From Octopus sinensis (Eukaryota), in assembly GCF_006345805.1 (NCBI RefSeq), contig NC_042998.1:7874001-7938000 (forward strand): a stretch of 64,000 nt of DNA. Direction: 5' to 3'. Positions 14,222 to 27,307 of the stretch are shown in pieces. Under the pieces are notes generated by a model, which made no database searches, was not told where the DNA came from, and saw only the letters and a list, made by a program, of their open reading frames with translations. Every line of letters starts with the position of its first letter. Position 1 is the first letter of the stretch. A program made the translations under genes and the position numbers.

Positions 14222-14905
14222 CAGTGGTTCTCAACAGGGGCCCATATGAGCCTTGGTGGGTGGTCCATGTAAGATTTTGCTGCTAAAATTTACATAAAAT
14301 AGATTGGTTTTATTTCTACAACACACAAGATATAGATTTCAAAATTTTAGTACAAGGCCAGCAGTTTCAGGGAGGGGTAAGTCGACAGTATCATCTCCAG
14401 TGTTCAACTGGTACTTATTTTATCGATCCCGAAAGGATGAAAAGGAAAGACGATTTCGGCGGAATTTCAGCTCAGAACGTAAAGATGAACGAAATGTCGC
14501 GAAGCATTTTGCCACGCGTGCCAACGATTCTGCCAGCTTGCTGCCTTTACAATACTCGAAATAGGTTGTTTTTTAAAATTTTTATACAATTCCTAATAAT
14601 ATTTAATCATAAAAATGTAATAGGATTTTCGAAACCTAGAATGGTTATGAGGATCCATCTGAGTAAAATATATTACATATTGTTTGAAAATTACAGTAAG
14701 ATAAAAAGAAACATGAAGACGGTGTCGTTTTTTAAAGACTTCTGAAAATAAACAATAAACGCAGTAATGAGAGCTTCAAAACGTCGCGGAAACCCGATGA
14801 AACATTTAACTTTTTAATAACCATTCAATGTATGACGGTCCATTCGTGTAAAATAGGAATAAAAGGGATCCATAGGTAAAAAAAATACAATGTTGAGAAA
14901 CACTA
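14222..14905. mobile_element. hAT MITE containing a nested family B SINE (~14340-14548)
   Basis: Termini CAGTGGTTCTCAAC / GTTGAGAAACACTA; 8-bp TSD GTCTAACG / GTCAAACG. Confidence 0.75.
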
Positions 14906-15105
14906 GTCAAACGCTTACGATAAACCCGCCTTCAAAAAAGGTGAGATTTTTACTTCTTATTTAAGATTCATTCTTTTGTTCGAACCGTTGTTGTTGTTGT
15001 CGAGTACTTCACACCGACATATTACCCAGTCACTTAAAAAGAATACTCGTATCAGATCGCCCTGTCTGCTGGAAATGGTAACAAAATTACCCTCAAATTA
15101 GTAGC

Positions 15106-15494
15106 TGGATGGAAGCACTCCGTCGGTTACGACAATGAGGGTTCCGGTTGATCCGAATCAACGGAACAGCCTGCTCGTGAAATTAACGTGTAAGTGGCTG
15201 AGCACTCCACAGACACGTGTACCCTTAACGTAGTTCTCGGGGATATTCAGCGTGACACAGAGAGTGACAAGGCCGGCCCCTTGAAATACAGGTACAACAG
15301 AAACAGGAAGTAAGAGTGAGAGAAAGTTGTGGTGAAAGAGTACAGCAGGGATCACCACCACCCCTGCCGGAGCCTCGTGGAGCTTTTAGGTGTTTTCGCT
15401 CAATAAACACTCACAACGACCGGTCTGGGAATCGAAACCGTGATCCTACGACCGCGAGTCCGCTGCCCTAACCACTGGGCCATTGCGCCTCCAC
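15106..15494 (-). mobile_element. SINE family C, long-tail (OR1-like), ~390 bp
   Basis: Near-identical to 21401-21790 and 39593-39982; tRNA-like head GTGGAGGCGCAATGGCCCAGTGGTTAG...TTCGATTCC. Confidence 0.9.
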
Positions 15495-15685
15495 TTAAAT
15501 TATAGAAAAGTAAGATGCATAATAGATAATGTAACTGTGGGTGTGTGGTAAGAGGCTTGCTTCAAAACCAATGATTCTGGGTTCAGTTCCGCTCTATGGC
15601 ACCTTGGACAAGCGTCTTTTATTATAGCTTCTGGCCGACCAAAGCCTTGTGAGAGGATTTGATAGAGAAAAGCTGAAAACTTGTC

Positions 15686-15725
<40 letters not shown>

Positions 15726-16206
15726 GGGTGGTCTTGACAACCGGTGTTGGTGTGTTTTTAGGTCTCTGTAGTGTAGCAGTTTGACCGATTGAATAAGTAC
15801 CAGACTTAGAAAGAAAATAAGTACCGTGGTAGATTCGCCAGACTAAAATTCCTTAATGCAATGCCCCAGCAAGGCCATAACCTAATGACTGAAACAACCA
15901 AAAGATAAAAGATGAGGTAAACCATACCCAAAAAAGATAAAATGGTCGTGGATGGATTCCACCGGTAAGTTTTACTTGGTATGAAACAACACCATCTGCT
16001 ACTAATTCTACAAACAATTACAAAACGAAAGAAAAAAAGAGTTAGCACGTGTGTATACATACATACGTACATTCATATATACATATATACACAGACATCC
16101 AACCAATTCAAACATATATATATACACACACAAGTGCATACATATACACACACACAACTACATGCATACACACATATATACAAACACACACATATATATG
16201 GTGGTT

Positions 16207-16612
16207 ACTCTCTTTACTCTCTTTTACTTGTTTCAGTCGTTTGACTGCGGCCATGCTGGAGCACTGCCTTTAGTCAAGCATATCGACCCCGGGACTTATT
16301 CTTTGTAAGCTTAGTCCTTGTTCTATCGGTCTGTTTTGCCGAACCGCTAAGTGACGGGGACATAAACACACCAGCATCGGTTGTCAAGCAATGCTAGAGG
16401 ATCAAACACAGACACACAACCATACACACACACACACACACACACACATATACGATGGACTTCTTTCAGTTTCCGTCTACCAAATCCACTCACAAAGCTT
16501 TGGTCGAACCGAGGCTATAGTAGAAGACACTTGCCGAAGATGCCACTCAGTGGGACTGAACCCGGAACCATCTGATTGATAAGCGAGCTACTTACCACAC
16601 AGCCACTCCGGC
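16207..16612 (-). mobile_element. SINE family A, full length
   Basis: Complete head, internal (CA)n and tail repeats. Confidence 0.9.
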
Positions 16613-16614
16613 GT

Positions 16615-16970
16615 TGTCTACTCCTTACGCAGAGTTTGACCACCTCCTATACCTACATCTTAGAACCAGCATGGTATCTGATGTGGCTTTTTAAACAAGA
16701 CAATATTTTGAAAAGACACCCACAATAGATTGCATATCCGATTTGGACCAACCACCAAGAACTGCAGTTAAGTTCTGATCTTTGTGGATCTTAAAATATC
16801 TTCTGAAGCCTCCGTTAGATTTGTAGACCTGGCATACAGTGCATAGAAAGCTGTGCACAGACATATAGGCAGAATAGTTGGTGGAGGTTCGTTTTCCAGG
16901 AGTTTGCAAATAGGATTTGAGCCCAGCAAATGAAAGGCATGGTCTGTCACAAACTGTACACACAAAAAAG
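16615..16970 (-). pseudogene. RTE-type LINE C-terminal fragment with degenerate zinc-finger motifs
   Basis: CTVCDRPCLSFAGLKSY and CTVCQVYKSNGGFRRY..IH resemble the CxxC..R.C.S..GL.SH tail of RTE ORFs. Confidence 0.5.
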
Positions 16971-17782
16971 GTCATATATATACGCACATATACATACAGG
17001 CACACAAGTATAGTTCACAATCTTATGACTAAATACATTATAATTATAATAATTATTGAGTTAAAATTCCAAAGAGGTCGACGTTACATTTCAACCTGTC
17101 ACGGATCGCTAAAACAGAATATAAGTGCAATAATTATGTCAAGCGTAACTTCTACCTCTCACAATGTATGTATGCGTATGTACATGTATTTGTGTGTGCG
17201 TGTGTGTAAGAGAGTGAGGGAGAGAGAGAGAGAGAGCGAGACAAATATGTGTGTGTGTGTGTTTGTTCATACTGAATCACATACATACAAATGCTGGATT
17301 ATTCCACAAATGCCAGTTTCGGCGGCTCTTCAGATCATTAGGCAATGAAAGTGTATTAATATCGTTACCTGATGTGGTAAAACAACAGGTGATTAATCCT
17401 GTATTTAAATAAAGTTGCTTGACATCAGATCATTTTTTTTTATTGAGTTCGTTATTGTTTTAAAATTATTTACCACACACACATATAGCACAAACACAAC
17501 ACACACAGACTTCATCAAAGACATCCCCTCTCTGCTCCAGGTCTGTTCCAAGTTTGCTCTGTGGCTGTCCGGTTCCTAGTCTACAGATTCTGAATTTATA
17601 TTTATGGAGATGTGATTGGGGAGGGGAGAGAAAGAGTGAGAGGGAGGAATAGAGGAAGAGTATGTGTATGGGAGAAAGAGAGAGCGAGTGAAAGAAAGGG
17701 AGAGAGTGAAAGAGGGGGAGAGTAAGAGAAAGAGTGTGCATGAGAAGGAGAGGAAACAGGTGCACACATAACCATACACATG

Positions 17783-18166
17783 CATCATCACCATCATTGT
17801 TCGACTGTGGTCGAGACAATGGAATTTAGCATGCTACGCTAGACTTCACAGTCCATCATGGCATTACGGGGGTCCTGTTGCTGGATGCCTGTATCCCTGG
17901 AGATTACATCAGGGTAGGAGAGTGTGCGCCCTCTGGTATCGCGAGTAGATGGCTTCCAGAGGAGAAGAGTAGAAATTACCTCTTTTTCAGCTCTACAACA
18001 ATGTCCAGCAAACTGGACTCTCCTACCTTTCACAAGAGATGACACAGGTGGTAAGTTTCCCATATATTTGCATTTTGGTTGGATGGCGCTTCCATGAGAG
18101 ATTTTGAGCTCTCATAAGGAGGTGAGTGTAGGTTCCATCCAATTGTCTCTCAAGCTTCTTTGAGTA
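17783..18166 (-). mobile_element. 5'-truncated RTE LINE 3' end
   Basis: LDGTYTHLLMRAQNLSWK...RRVQFAGHCCRA...LLLWKP; (TGA)n-like tail. Confidence 0.85.
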
Positions 18167-18302
18167 CAATGAATTGGAAGTTTCGGAACCATTGCGTAAC
18201 GAAGGCAACTAAACCGACGCTTTGAAGCCACTGCCCACGTTCTCCTTATAAAAATAAATTTGCTGCTTTATTTGAACATATCAAGTGATCCATTACTTAT
18301 CG

Positions 18303-18606
18303 TGTGGAGGCGCAATGGCCCAGTGGTTAGGACAGCGAACTCGCGGTCGGAGGACCACGGTTTCGATTCCCAGACCGGGCGTTGTGTGTGTTTATTGAGC
18401 GGAAACACCTAAAAGCTCCACAAGGCTCCGGCAGGAGGTGGTGGCTACCCCTGTTGTACTCTTTCGCCCCAACTTTCTCTCACTCTTTCTTCCTGCTTCT
18501 TGAGTAACGCTGCGATGGACTGGCATTCCGTCCAGCTGGGGAGATCACATACGCCGCAGAAACCGGGAAACCGGGCTCATGAGCCTGGCTAGGCTTGAAA
18601 AGGGCG
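18303..18606 (+). mobile_element. SINE family C, short-tail (OR2-like)
   Basis: Same head as the long-tail copies, different 3' half. Confidence 0.85.
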
Positions 18607-18876
18607 CAAAAATATAAATTACTTATTGTATGCTTCTCTGTGTGTACTTGTATGTGCGTGTGTGTATGTATGTGTATAAGTGTATATATGTATGTATGTC
18701 GTTTTTGTAGTTGCTTTGCAAGATTCTCAATGTGAAATCGTGAGTTGAAACAGATTTTATTATATCTTGGAAGGGTCATAATGCCAATGATAAACACTCA
18801 CACTGGTCCTATTTCACTTCTTTTATTATTAGTCAACTAGACAAGGCAGCGAGCTGGTACAACCTTTAGCGCGCCG

Positions 18877-18918
<42 letters not shown>

Positions 18919-19451
18919 CACACATACATACATACACACACATATATATATACACTTACATATTTGTGTGTGTGTATGTATGTATGTTTGTAAGTGTGTC
19001 ATGAACAGACACACTTATTCACATTCATTCATTTATCTCTACATATATACATTCACACACATGCATACACACGCACACACACACACATATATATATACAC
19101 ATATAAACATATTTGTATGTGTGTATTATCAAAGTACACACATACATTCATTTATCCATCCATCTCAACTAACACTCACATACACACACACATATACATA
19201 CAAATTTAAGGGGCAGGGAACGGGAGAGAGCCAGTCGAATACATCAACACCAGTGCTAAACTGGTACTGGTTTTTACCGACTACGAAAGAATGAACGATA
19301 CAGTCGACCTCGGCGGAAATTGAACATGCCACTAAGCATAATTATCCCGCGTGCTAACGACAAAGACTTGCTTGGTATACAATTAGGGCAGTAAAATAAC
19401 CAAATCCCTATGAAATGTTTAACGATATTTGTCCTGACTTTTATATATGTA

Positions 19452-19851
19452 GACTAGCAGTATCGTCCGGTGTTGCTCGGGTTTCTAAGGGAAATAACTA
19501 TATAAGCATTTTTAGAGAGTTATAGCCAAAAAATAGCAAAAAAATGTATTAAAAATGGGAAAAAAATTATGGTAAATCTTTTTTTAAATCGTTGACTCAT
19601 CGAAGACATTTTTAGAGAGTTACTTCCCTTATATAATAGCGAAAAAATGCATTAAAATGGAAAAAAATGATGGTAAATTATTTTTTAAATCGTAGACTCA
19701 TCGTAGACACGCGCTAATACCCAGAAGGGCTCAATTTGAATCACGACTATAAGATACCCGGTTTTGGTTAAACTGCACCGCAAAATGTGGGAGTAGTTAG
19801 GAATCTAAATCGTAGGAGACAGACACACAACTTCACTTTTATATATGTAGA
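19452..19851 (+). mobile_element. Non-autonomous Helentron/DINE-1-like element
   Basis: Starts ACTAGCAGTATCGTCCGGTGTTGCTCGGG (short hairpin), has internal tandem subrepeats and ends CTTTTATATATGTAGA. Ends shared with 63488-63866. Confidence 0.6.
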
Positions 19852-19924
19852 CTACAAGGAAAACAGACTGATCTAATATATACACACTTCGATAGGCCAA
19901 CTAAAAGCTGTACCCTGTATTGAC

Positions 19925-20324
19925 TTATCTCTGTTACATGTTTCAGTCATTTGACTGTAGCCATGCTGGAACACCAACTTTAGTCGAGCAAATCGACCCC
20001 AGGACTTATTCTGTGTAAGTCTAGTAATTATTCTATCGGTCTCTTTTTGCCGAACCGTTAGGTTACGTGGACGTAAACACACCAGATGTTGGGGGGGGGG
20101 CAAAGACATACACACACACACATATATACGTATGTATCAATATATATACATACATATATACGACGGGCTTCTTTCAGTTTCCATCTACCAAATCCACTCA
20201 CAAGGCTTTGGTCGGCCCGAGGCTATAGTAGAAGACACTTGCCCAAATTGCTACGCAGTGGGACTGAACCTGGAACCATGGAGTTCGTAAGCAAGCTACT
20301 TACCACACAGCCACTCCTACGCCT
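19925..20324 (-). mobile_element. SINE family A
   Basis: Homology to other family A copies. Confidence 0.85.
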
Positions 20325-21400
20325 ACGTAATAATAACGTAGTTATTTCGTGTTAAAGTTGTCGTATTTGGGTAATTTCAACCAATCAACGACGTGTATTC
20401 TGTTGAAGTAAGCTACTGGCTGTTTGCGATAGTAATCGAAAAGGAACAACTTCCGGGTCATCTCTACTAAATTTCACCACTCTGTTCTATTCGTATGGCG
20501 AGCGAAGACGATGCCACCATTATCCTTTCTTCCCTTCTAGTCAGCACCGTACATTCCTTACTCTTTCCCTCCCTTTTACATTATCAAGTAGCGAGCGAAC
20601 TTGTCATTGCCACTAAAATTACCGTAGTTTCCGGTGTATAAACCGCTACTTGTTTTGTTTTACCTTCATGCTTTGATAATGCTATTTTTTTTTATCTAAT
20701 AAAGACTTTTATATTTACGAAATGTGTTTGTTGTTGATTATAGTAAGATAAAATCATAACTATAACAATTCATCTCATAATTGTAAAATAAGGTATTTTG
20801 AAACTACATATACGTCAACAACAAAAAAAGTTAGCTGCGGACTCGTTGCTCTATAGGTCTTTTAAACACCGCCGCGCTTTATGTGTGGATAAAACACCGA
20901 TGTCGGGCAACGAATAAATATATGTAAATCATATTTCTTCCTTCTTGGTGTTGATTCTTCGAACAGAGTGGTTACGAAATTTTGTCAAAAACGTTAAGAG
21001 TAAACTGTGTTCTACGTGAGAAATACTATTAGTATTCGAAGTTTCAAACTGTTTAGTTAAAAAATATTAATTAAAAAATCTGTGATTGAGATGGAATAAA
21101 TCCGGTTTCAAACCGGACCACGGATTAACTCTGTTATCCATGTAGACTGCGATGGAATTTGAACTGAGAATGGAATAAAAAGAGCCAGGACATACGTCAC
21201 AAGACTTCTGGTAGGTCATTCTTCCATCCGCTTCTCTCTATCGTCATATATTACTTTTCTTTCAATGAAACCTGACCTTTTGTATTTTATCGATATTTTT
21301 TTTACTTCTTTCAGCCAATAAACTGCGGCGATGTTGGGGCACCACGATGAAAAGTTCTAGTCGAACGAACCTGTTTTTAAGATTGGTTCTTATACTATAG

Positions 21401-21790
21401 GTGGAGGCGCAATGGCCCAGTGGTTAGGGCAGCGGACTCGCGGTCGTAGGATCGCGGTTTCGATTCCCAGACCGGGCGTTGTGAGTGTTTATTGAGCGAA
21501 AACACCTAAAAGCTCCACAAGGCTTCGGCAGGGGATGGTGGTGATTCCTGCTGTACTCTTTCACCACAACTTTCTCTCACTCTTACTTCCTGTTTCTATT
21601 GTACCTGTATTTCAAAGGGCCAGCCTTGTCACTCTCTGTGTCACGCTGAATATCCCCGAGAACTACATTAAGGGTGCACGTGTCTGTGGAGTGCTCAGCC
21701 ACTTACACGTCAATTTCACGAGCAGGCTGTTCCATTGATCGGATCAACCGGAACCCTCGTCGTCGTAACCGACGGAGTGCTTCCATTCCA
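21401..21790 (+). mobile_element. SINE family C long-tail nested in an old family A copy
   Basis: Full length, (TTCCA)n end, flanked by ATACTAT. Confidence 0.9.
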
Positions 21791-22479
21791 TACTATCGGT
21801 ATCTTATACCGAACTGCTGAGTTACGGGGAAGTAAATGCGCCAATGCCAGTTGTCAAGCGGTGGTGGAGGACAAACATAGTCACAACAAACACGCACACA
21901 CGTGTGTGTGTGTGTGTGTGTGCTTGCTTCTTTGTAAAAATAGAAGTATTTCACTATCCTCGATTTAACCATTTTACAAACACTAAAATTCGAAATATGC
22001 CGTAAATCTATTTTTCATAAAACGGAAATTACGAATCTCATTTAGTTTTTCTTTTCCAAAATTTCAATTTTTTACATTTTTTTAGTTGTCTACTTCCTTT
22101 GCCATAAAACATGGGACTTCACGAAACAGCTATTTCATAAATCCGCTCACTTCCCTTTCGACTAGTTGATAAAATATGTTCCTACCATGACTATGTAGCA
22201 ACTCAGCGAATTTTGCTTCTAGGCTAGAATCCAGCCATTTCTCCATCAGTAAGAAATTCGTAAAAATAATATCAGGAACGAACATATGTACGCACATACA
22301 TACATACATACATGCATGCATACATACATAGGCAGTTATATGCATGATAATACACACATAAAACAAAACATACAAATCTACACTTATAGACAATACATAG
22401 ATACATACCCTGTTGTTGAAATTCCAGCGAAGCAGCCTTGGATGTAGGTTAGAAACCGGCCCTTTCTCTATTCTTTCTT

Positions 22480-22900
22480 TCTTTTATTCTTTTACTTGTT
22501 TCAGTCATTTACCTGTTTCAGTCATTTACTTGTTTCAGTCATGCTGGAGCACTGCCTTTAGTCGAGCAAATCGACCCCAGGACTTATTCTTTGCAAGCCT
22601 AGAACTTATTCTATCGGTCTCTTTTGCCTAATCACTAAGTTACGAGGACATAAACAAACCAGCATCGGTTGTCAAGCGATGTTGGGGGACAAACACAGAT
22701 ACACAAACATACACACACATATATATGCATATATACGACAGGCTTCTTTCAGTTTCCGTCTACCAAATCCACTCACAAGGCTTTGGTCGACCCAAGGCTA
22801 TAGTAGAATACACCTGCCCAAGGTGCCACGCAGTGGTACTGAACCCGGAACCATGTGGTTGGTAAGCAAGCTACTTACCACACAGCCACCCCTACGCCTA
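22480..22900 (-). mobile_element. SINE family A
   Basis: Homology to other family A copies. Confidence 0.85.
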
Positions 22901-22997
22901 TTGGCCAGAAATCTTGAAAAAAACTAAATAACAACATACATGCATACATACATATGTCCACGATTGTTCTCTCATTTTCAATAAGCCTGTCCTTTCT

Positions 22998-24842
22998 GGT
23001 TAATATAGGGCGTAACAAATATCAGAAAATCAAAAAAGAAATGTGTGTAATAGGTGTAAAACAACTTCCTATGAACGAATATGAAAAATAAATTTCGCGC
23101 ACGCGAAAGGGGGGTGGGGGTGAGGCCTCGGAAAATTCACATCGGGAAGTTCCGAAAGCGTCTGAGGAGCTGACCCGGGCACCAAAACAAAAAAAAAATA
23201 GTGTAATATGTGTAAAACAACTTGCTCTAAACGAATATGACAAAAAAAAATGCGCTCTCGCGAAAGAGGGGTGGGGGAGAGGCCTCGGAATATTTATATC
23301 GGGAATTTCCGAAAGCGTCTGAACCGGGCACAAAAACAAAAACAAAAACAGCGTAATAGGTGTAAAACAACTTGCTCTAAACGACTATCATGAAAAAAAT
23401 GCGCGCTCGCGAAAGGGGGTGAGGAAGAGGCTTCGGAAATTTCACATCTTCAGTCCACGGCCTTTAAACTAAGAAAAAATAGTGTAATTGGTGTAAAACT
23501 ACTTGTTCTAAACGAGTATCAAGAACACACACTCACACATGAATCATAAACTCCGTATTTCGCAAAAAAAAAAAAAAAATAAAGAGAAGAAATTCTGGAA
23601 AAAGTGAAGAAATGTTGGATCTCCGCCATGTGAATCAAAATACGTGTCAGAAACATCTTGAAATACTACAGAAATTATGTTACGAAAATGATAATGTATA
23701 CATACCTCTTTGAGTGGTCCATCGATAATGATGATAAAGAAATGAGTTGGATTTGAACTCAGAATATTGACTAACACAACTACATACTACAAGACTCAAA
23801 ATATTCAGCCAAGTCACCACCCTTTAACTAGCAATAATAATAACATCAATAACATAACAGCCAAAAGATTTATTTGTTCTGAAAATAACAATCATAGTAA
23901 ATAAATATGTTCTTTAATATTCTCATTCATGTGCACAGTTAAACACACTTACATACAAACAGTCACGCATGCATAATACAGAACGGAACACATAAATGAA
24001 GGATGCATTACTTAGTATATATTACATCTAGAGAATTTTGATTAATAAGTCAAATATGCAAATTATAAAGATAATTAATTGCTTTACTAAACAGTGTTGT
24101 AAAGGTGAAAAAATAAATTTGGGAAAAAAATACACGCCAAAACTAATTAATAAAGGATAATTAGGGAAGGATTGACACATAAATTTAATGTTTAAAATAG
24201 CTTTAACCAAGGAATGAGATCCAACATTTCTTCACTTTTTCCAGAATTTCTTCTCTTTATTTATTTTTTTTTTTGCGAAATACGGAGTTTATGATTCATG
24301 TGTGAGTGTGTGTTCTTGATACTCGTTTAGAACAAGTAGTTTTACACCAATTACACTATTTTTTCTTAGTTTAAAGGCCGTGGACTGAAGATGTGAAATT
24401 TCCGAAGCCTCTCCCCCACCCCCCTTTCGCGAGCGCGCATTTTTTTCATGATAGTCGTTTAGAGAAAGTTGTTTTACACCTATTACGCTGTTTTTGTTTT
24501 TGTTTTTGTGCCCGGTTCAGACGCTTTCGGAAATTCCCGATATAAATATTCCGAGGCCTCTCCCCCACCCCTCTTTCGCGAGAGCGCATTTGTTTTTGTC
24601 ATATTCGTTTAGAGCAAGTTGTTTTACACATATTACACTATTTTTTTTTTGTTTTGGTGCCCGGGTCAGCTCCTCAGACGCTTTCGGAACTTCCCGATGT
24701 GAATTTTCCGAGGCCTTTCCCCCACCCCCCTTTCGCGTGCGCGAAATTTATTTTTCATATTCGTTCATAGGAAGTTGTTTTACACCTATTACACACATTT
24801 TTTTTTTTGATTTTCTGATATTTGTTACGCCCTATATTAACC
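22998..24842. mobile_element. Foldback-type non-autonomous DNA transposon (Merlin- or Mutator-like)
   Basis: TIRs 22998-23623 and 24216-24842 (~626 bp, near-identical, built from ~150-bp subrepeats); termini GG...CC; 8-bp TSD TCCTTTCT. Confidence 0.85.
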
Positions 24843-24899
24843 TCCTTTCTCTTAAGGTTTACATCGACTTTGGAGAAGTCTTGAATTTTGAGCATATTC

Positions 24900-25118
24900 T
24901 TCTACTCTTTTATTCTTTTACTTGTTTCAGTCATTTGACTGTGGCCATGCTGGAACACTACCTTTAGTCGTGCGAATCGACCCCAGGACTTATTCTATGT
25001 AAGCCTAGTACTTATTCTATCGGTCTCTTTTACCAAACGCTAAGTTACGAGGATGTAAACACATCAGCACCGGTTGACAAGCGATGTTGGGGGACAGACA
25101 CACATACACAAACATACA

Positions 25119-25150
<32 letters not shown>

Positions 25151-25153
25151 CAC

Positions 25154-25184
<31 letters not shown>

Positions 25185-25372
25185 ATATATATATATATAT
25201 ATATACGACAAACTTCTTTCAGTTTCCGCCTACCAAATTCGCTCACAAGGCTTTGGTCGGCCTGAGGCTATAGTAGAAGACACTTGACCAAGGTGCCATG
25301 CAGTGGGAGTGAAACCGGAACCATGTGGTTTTGTTAAGCAAGCTATTTACCACACAGCCACTCATGCGCCTA
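24900..25372 (-). mobile_element. SINE family A
   Basis: Homology to other family A copies. Confidence 0.85.
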
Positions 25373-25500
25373 TAATTAATGACAGCTTCGTCAGAAACAT
25401 TGCTGGAAATGTATACATAAGTATATATACACAAGTAGCATATAGTATATTTATAAACAGGGCAATTTTTTAAGCCATTTCTCTGCAGACTGTAAAAATG

Positions 25501-25556
25501 GTGAACAACCTTAATCGATTTTCGAACCTTATTGAGTTCTCATCAGAGGCGTTCAC
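25501..25556 (-). ncRNA. Minimal type I hammerhead ribozyme
   Basis: GTGAACGCCT-CTGATGA-GAAC(tcaataag)GTTC-GAAA-A(tcga)T-TA-AGGTTGTTCAC: complete core, three stems, UUA cleavage triplet. Confidence 0.8.
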
Positions 25557-25644
25557 AACATTCTGACTCCCTTTTCAAATGGAGCTGGTCTTAATTGCGA
25601 TTTGATATTTATGATTCGTCCTCCAGAGACAGAGATCACCACCT

Positions 25645-26010
25645 TCATCAACATTTAACCTCCGTTTTCCTTGCTGGCATGGGTCGGACGGCTTGACAGG
25701 AACTGACAAGACCAAGGGCCGCACCAGGTTGCCTGGTCTATTTTGGCTTGGTTTCTACATCTGCATGCCTATCCTAACACCAACCACTTTACAGGGTGTA
25801 CTGGGTGCTTTTTATGTGATACCATCACCGATGCTTTTTACATGGCCACAGCACCAGTGCTTTTCCCGTGGCACCAGTATCCATAACGATGCTGGTGTCA
25901 CAGGCAGATTAGTTTTAGCATATCAATTCTATTGTGGTGGGTGGGTCTTTTTGAGTACATCAGCGCGCCTCATATCGCAGTCCGGTGTCGCTTCCCCTGT
26001 AAGACTAAGC
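25645..26010 (-). mobile_element. Diverged retroposon with RTE-like tail
   Basis: 3' end ...CCCATGCCAGCAAGGAAAACGGAGGTTAAA followed by a (TGA)n-like tract. Confidence 0.5.
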
Positions 26011-26621
26011 GTTTTCAAACCGGCCTTCAGGTCTTCGCTTTATGTTTCCTTGAGTATCCCGCTTCTGCAACACTCCAAGAATTTATGTTGTATGGCATTT
26101 GATATACCTGTGTATGTCTAAATACATGCATAAAAAGACATACGTGTATATGTATGCACATATGCACGCCCACATTCACTCTCTTTCTCTAACACTTTCG
26201 CACACATACCAACCTACACACACACACACACACACAGAGCGAGAGAAAGGAGATAAATAGAGAGTGAGAGGAAGCGAAAGAGAACAGACAGTCTGACTGA
26301 GAGACAGAAGGCAGACAGAACGACTGTGAAATGAAGAGGTGGATTGAATTTAAAGAATGCAGGACATTGAAAACTTTGAAAGAACTAATGTGTTCGTAGA
26401 AAAAACATGTAGGAAGTATAAATATTTCACATGATTACACTCAATGCAAGCATATATATATATATATATATATTCAAAGAGCAATAAAGATTCAAGTTAA
26501 TTTAAAAAATTTACTTGAATATGGTACCTAACTTAGATGCACCAAAAAAAACTATACTGATTTAACAATACAGTAATGTGGGGTGATTATAAGCGAGAAA
26601 GAAGCACAAGAATGGATAGGT

Positions 26622-26712
26622 TTTTAGTACGATCGTTTCATACAAGGACAGGTTTTATTAAAAGTTGCAAAGATTACAGCATATAAACGAGTCCCGTACT
26701 CATCAGCTAAAA
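26622..26712 (-). ncRNA. Type I hammerhead ribozyme in a Penelope-like remnant
   Basis: TTTTAG-CTGATGA-GTACGGGAC...GTCCTTGTAT-GAAAC-GATC-GTA-CTAAAA. Confidence 0.75.
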
Positions 26713-27272
26713 TACATGTAAGTCTCTAGACATCCTAGTGTTTGAGGCTATACTCATGAAGTAATGTAGATAATTAAACAGATTTCTAAAGTTCATTAAA
26801 GTTCTTTAAAGATGATGCATAGTCTTATCACAGAATTTTAAAAAGTTTTGGTAGCATCACAGAGAAGGTGACCTAATCCATATGAATTTCCATAGATATG
26901 ATGAGGGATTATATACTCACAGAAGACAAATTTATCCATTGTTATTAGCATTACAGAGAGGGTGAATTAATCCTTTGTATATATGCACAGATTCCAATGG
27001 TGTAGATGTAAATTTCCAGAGAAATGGAGATGAATTTCATATTCACAGGCGATAAATTTTACAATGGTTGAACACAATGAGGTAGGTACCAATCCTTGTT
27101 ATATGATTAGGTGTTTGCCATATAATCACATTACTGCTATTCCAAGAGGCTGCAGCTATTTAACTCTTAAAGGTTGAAGGGCTTACTAGATCGGCCAAGA
27201 ATAGAGAAGGGAATAGAAGAAAAGAGAGAAAATAATGTATATATATATACATGTGCGTGCATATATATATAT

Positions 27273-27305
<33 letters not shown>

Positions 27306-27307
27306 TG

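Noticed and set aside
17315-17345. CTGAAGA-GCCGCC-GAAAC on minus strand
   Set aside because: Stem II is too short and there is no NUH triplet in register.
21401-21475. tRNA-like sequence (also 15420-15494, 39593-39667)
   Set aside because: Always followed by the same SINE body, so these are SINE heads and not tRNA genes.
21535-21738. 67-aa ORF recurring three times (MVVIPAVLFHH...)
   Set aside because: Chance ORF within young family C SINE copies.
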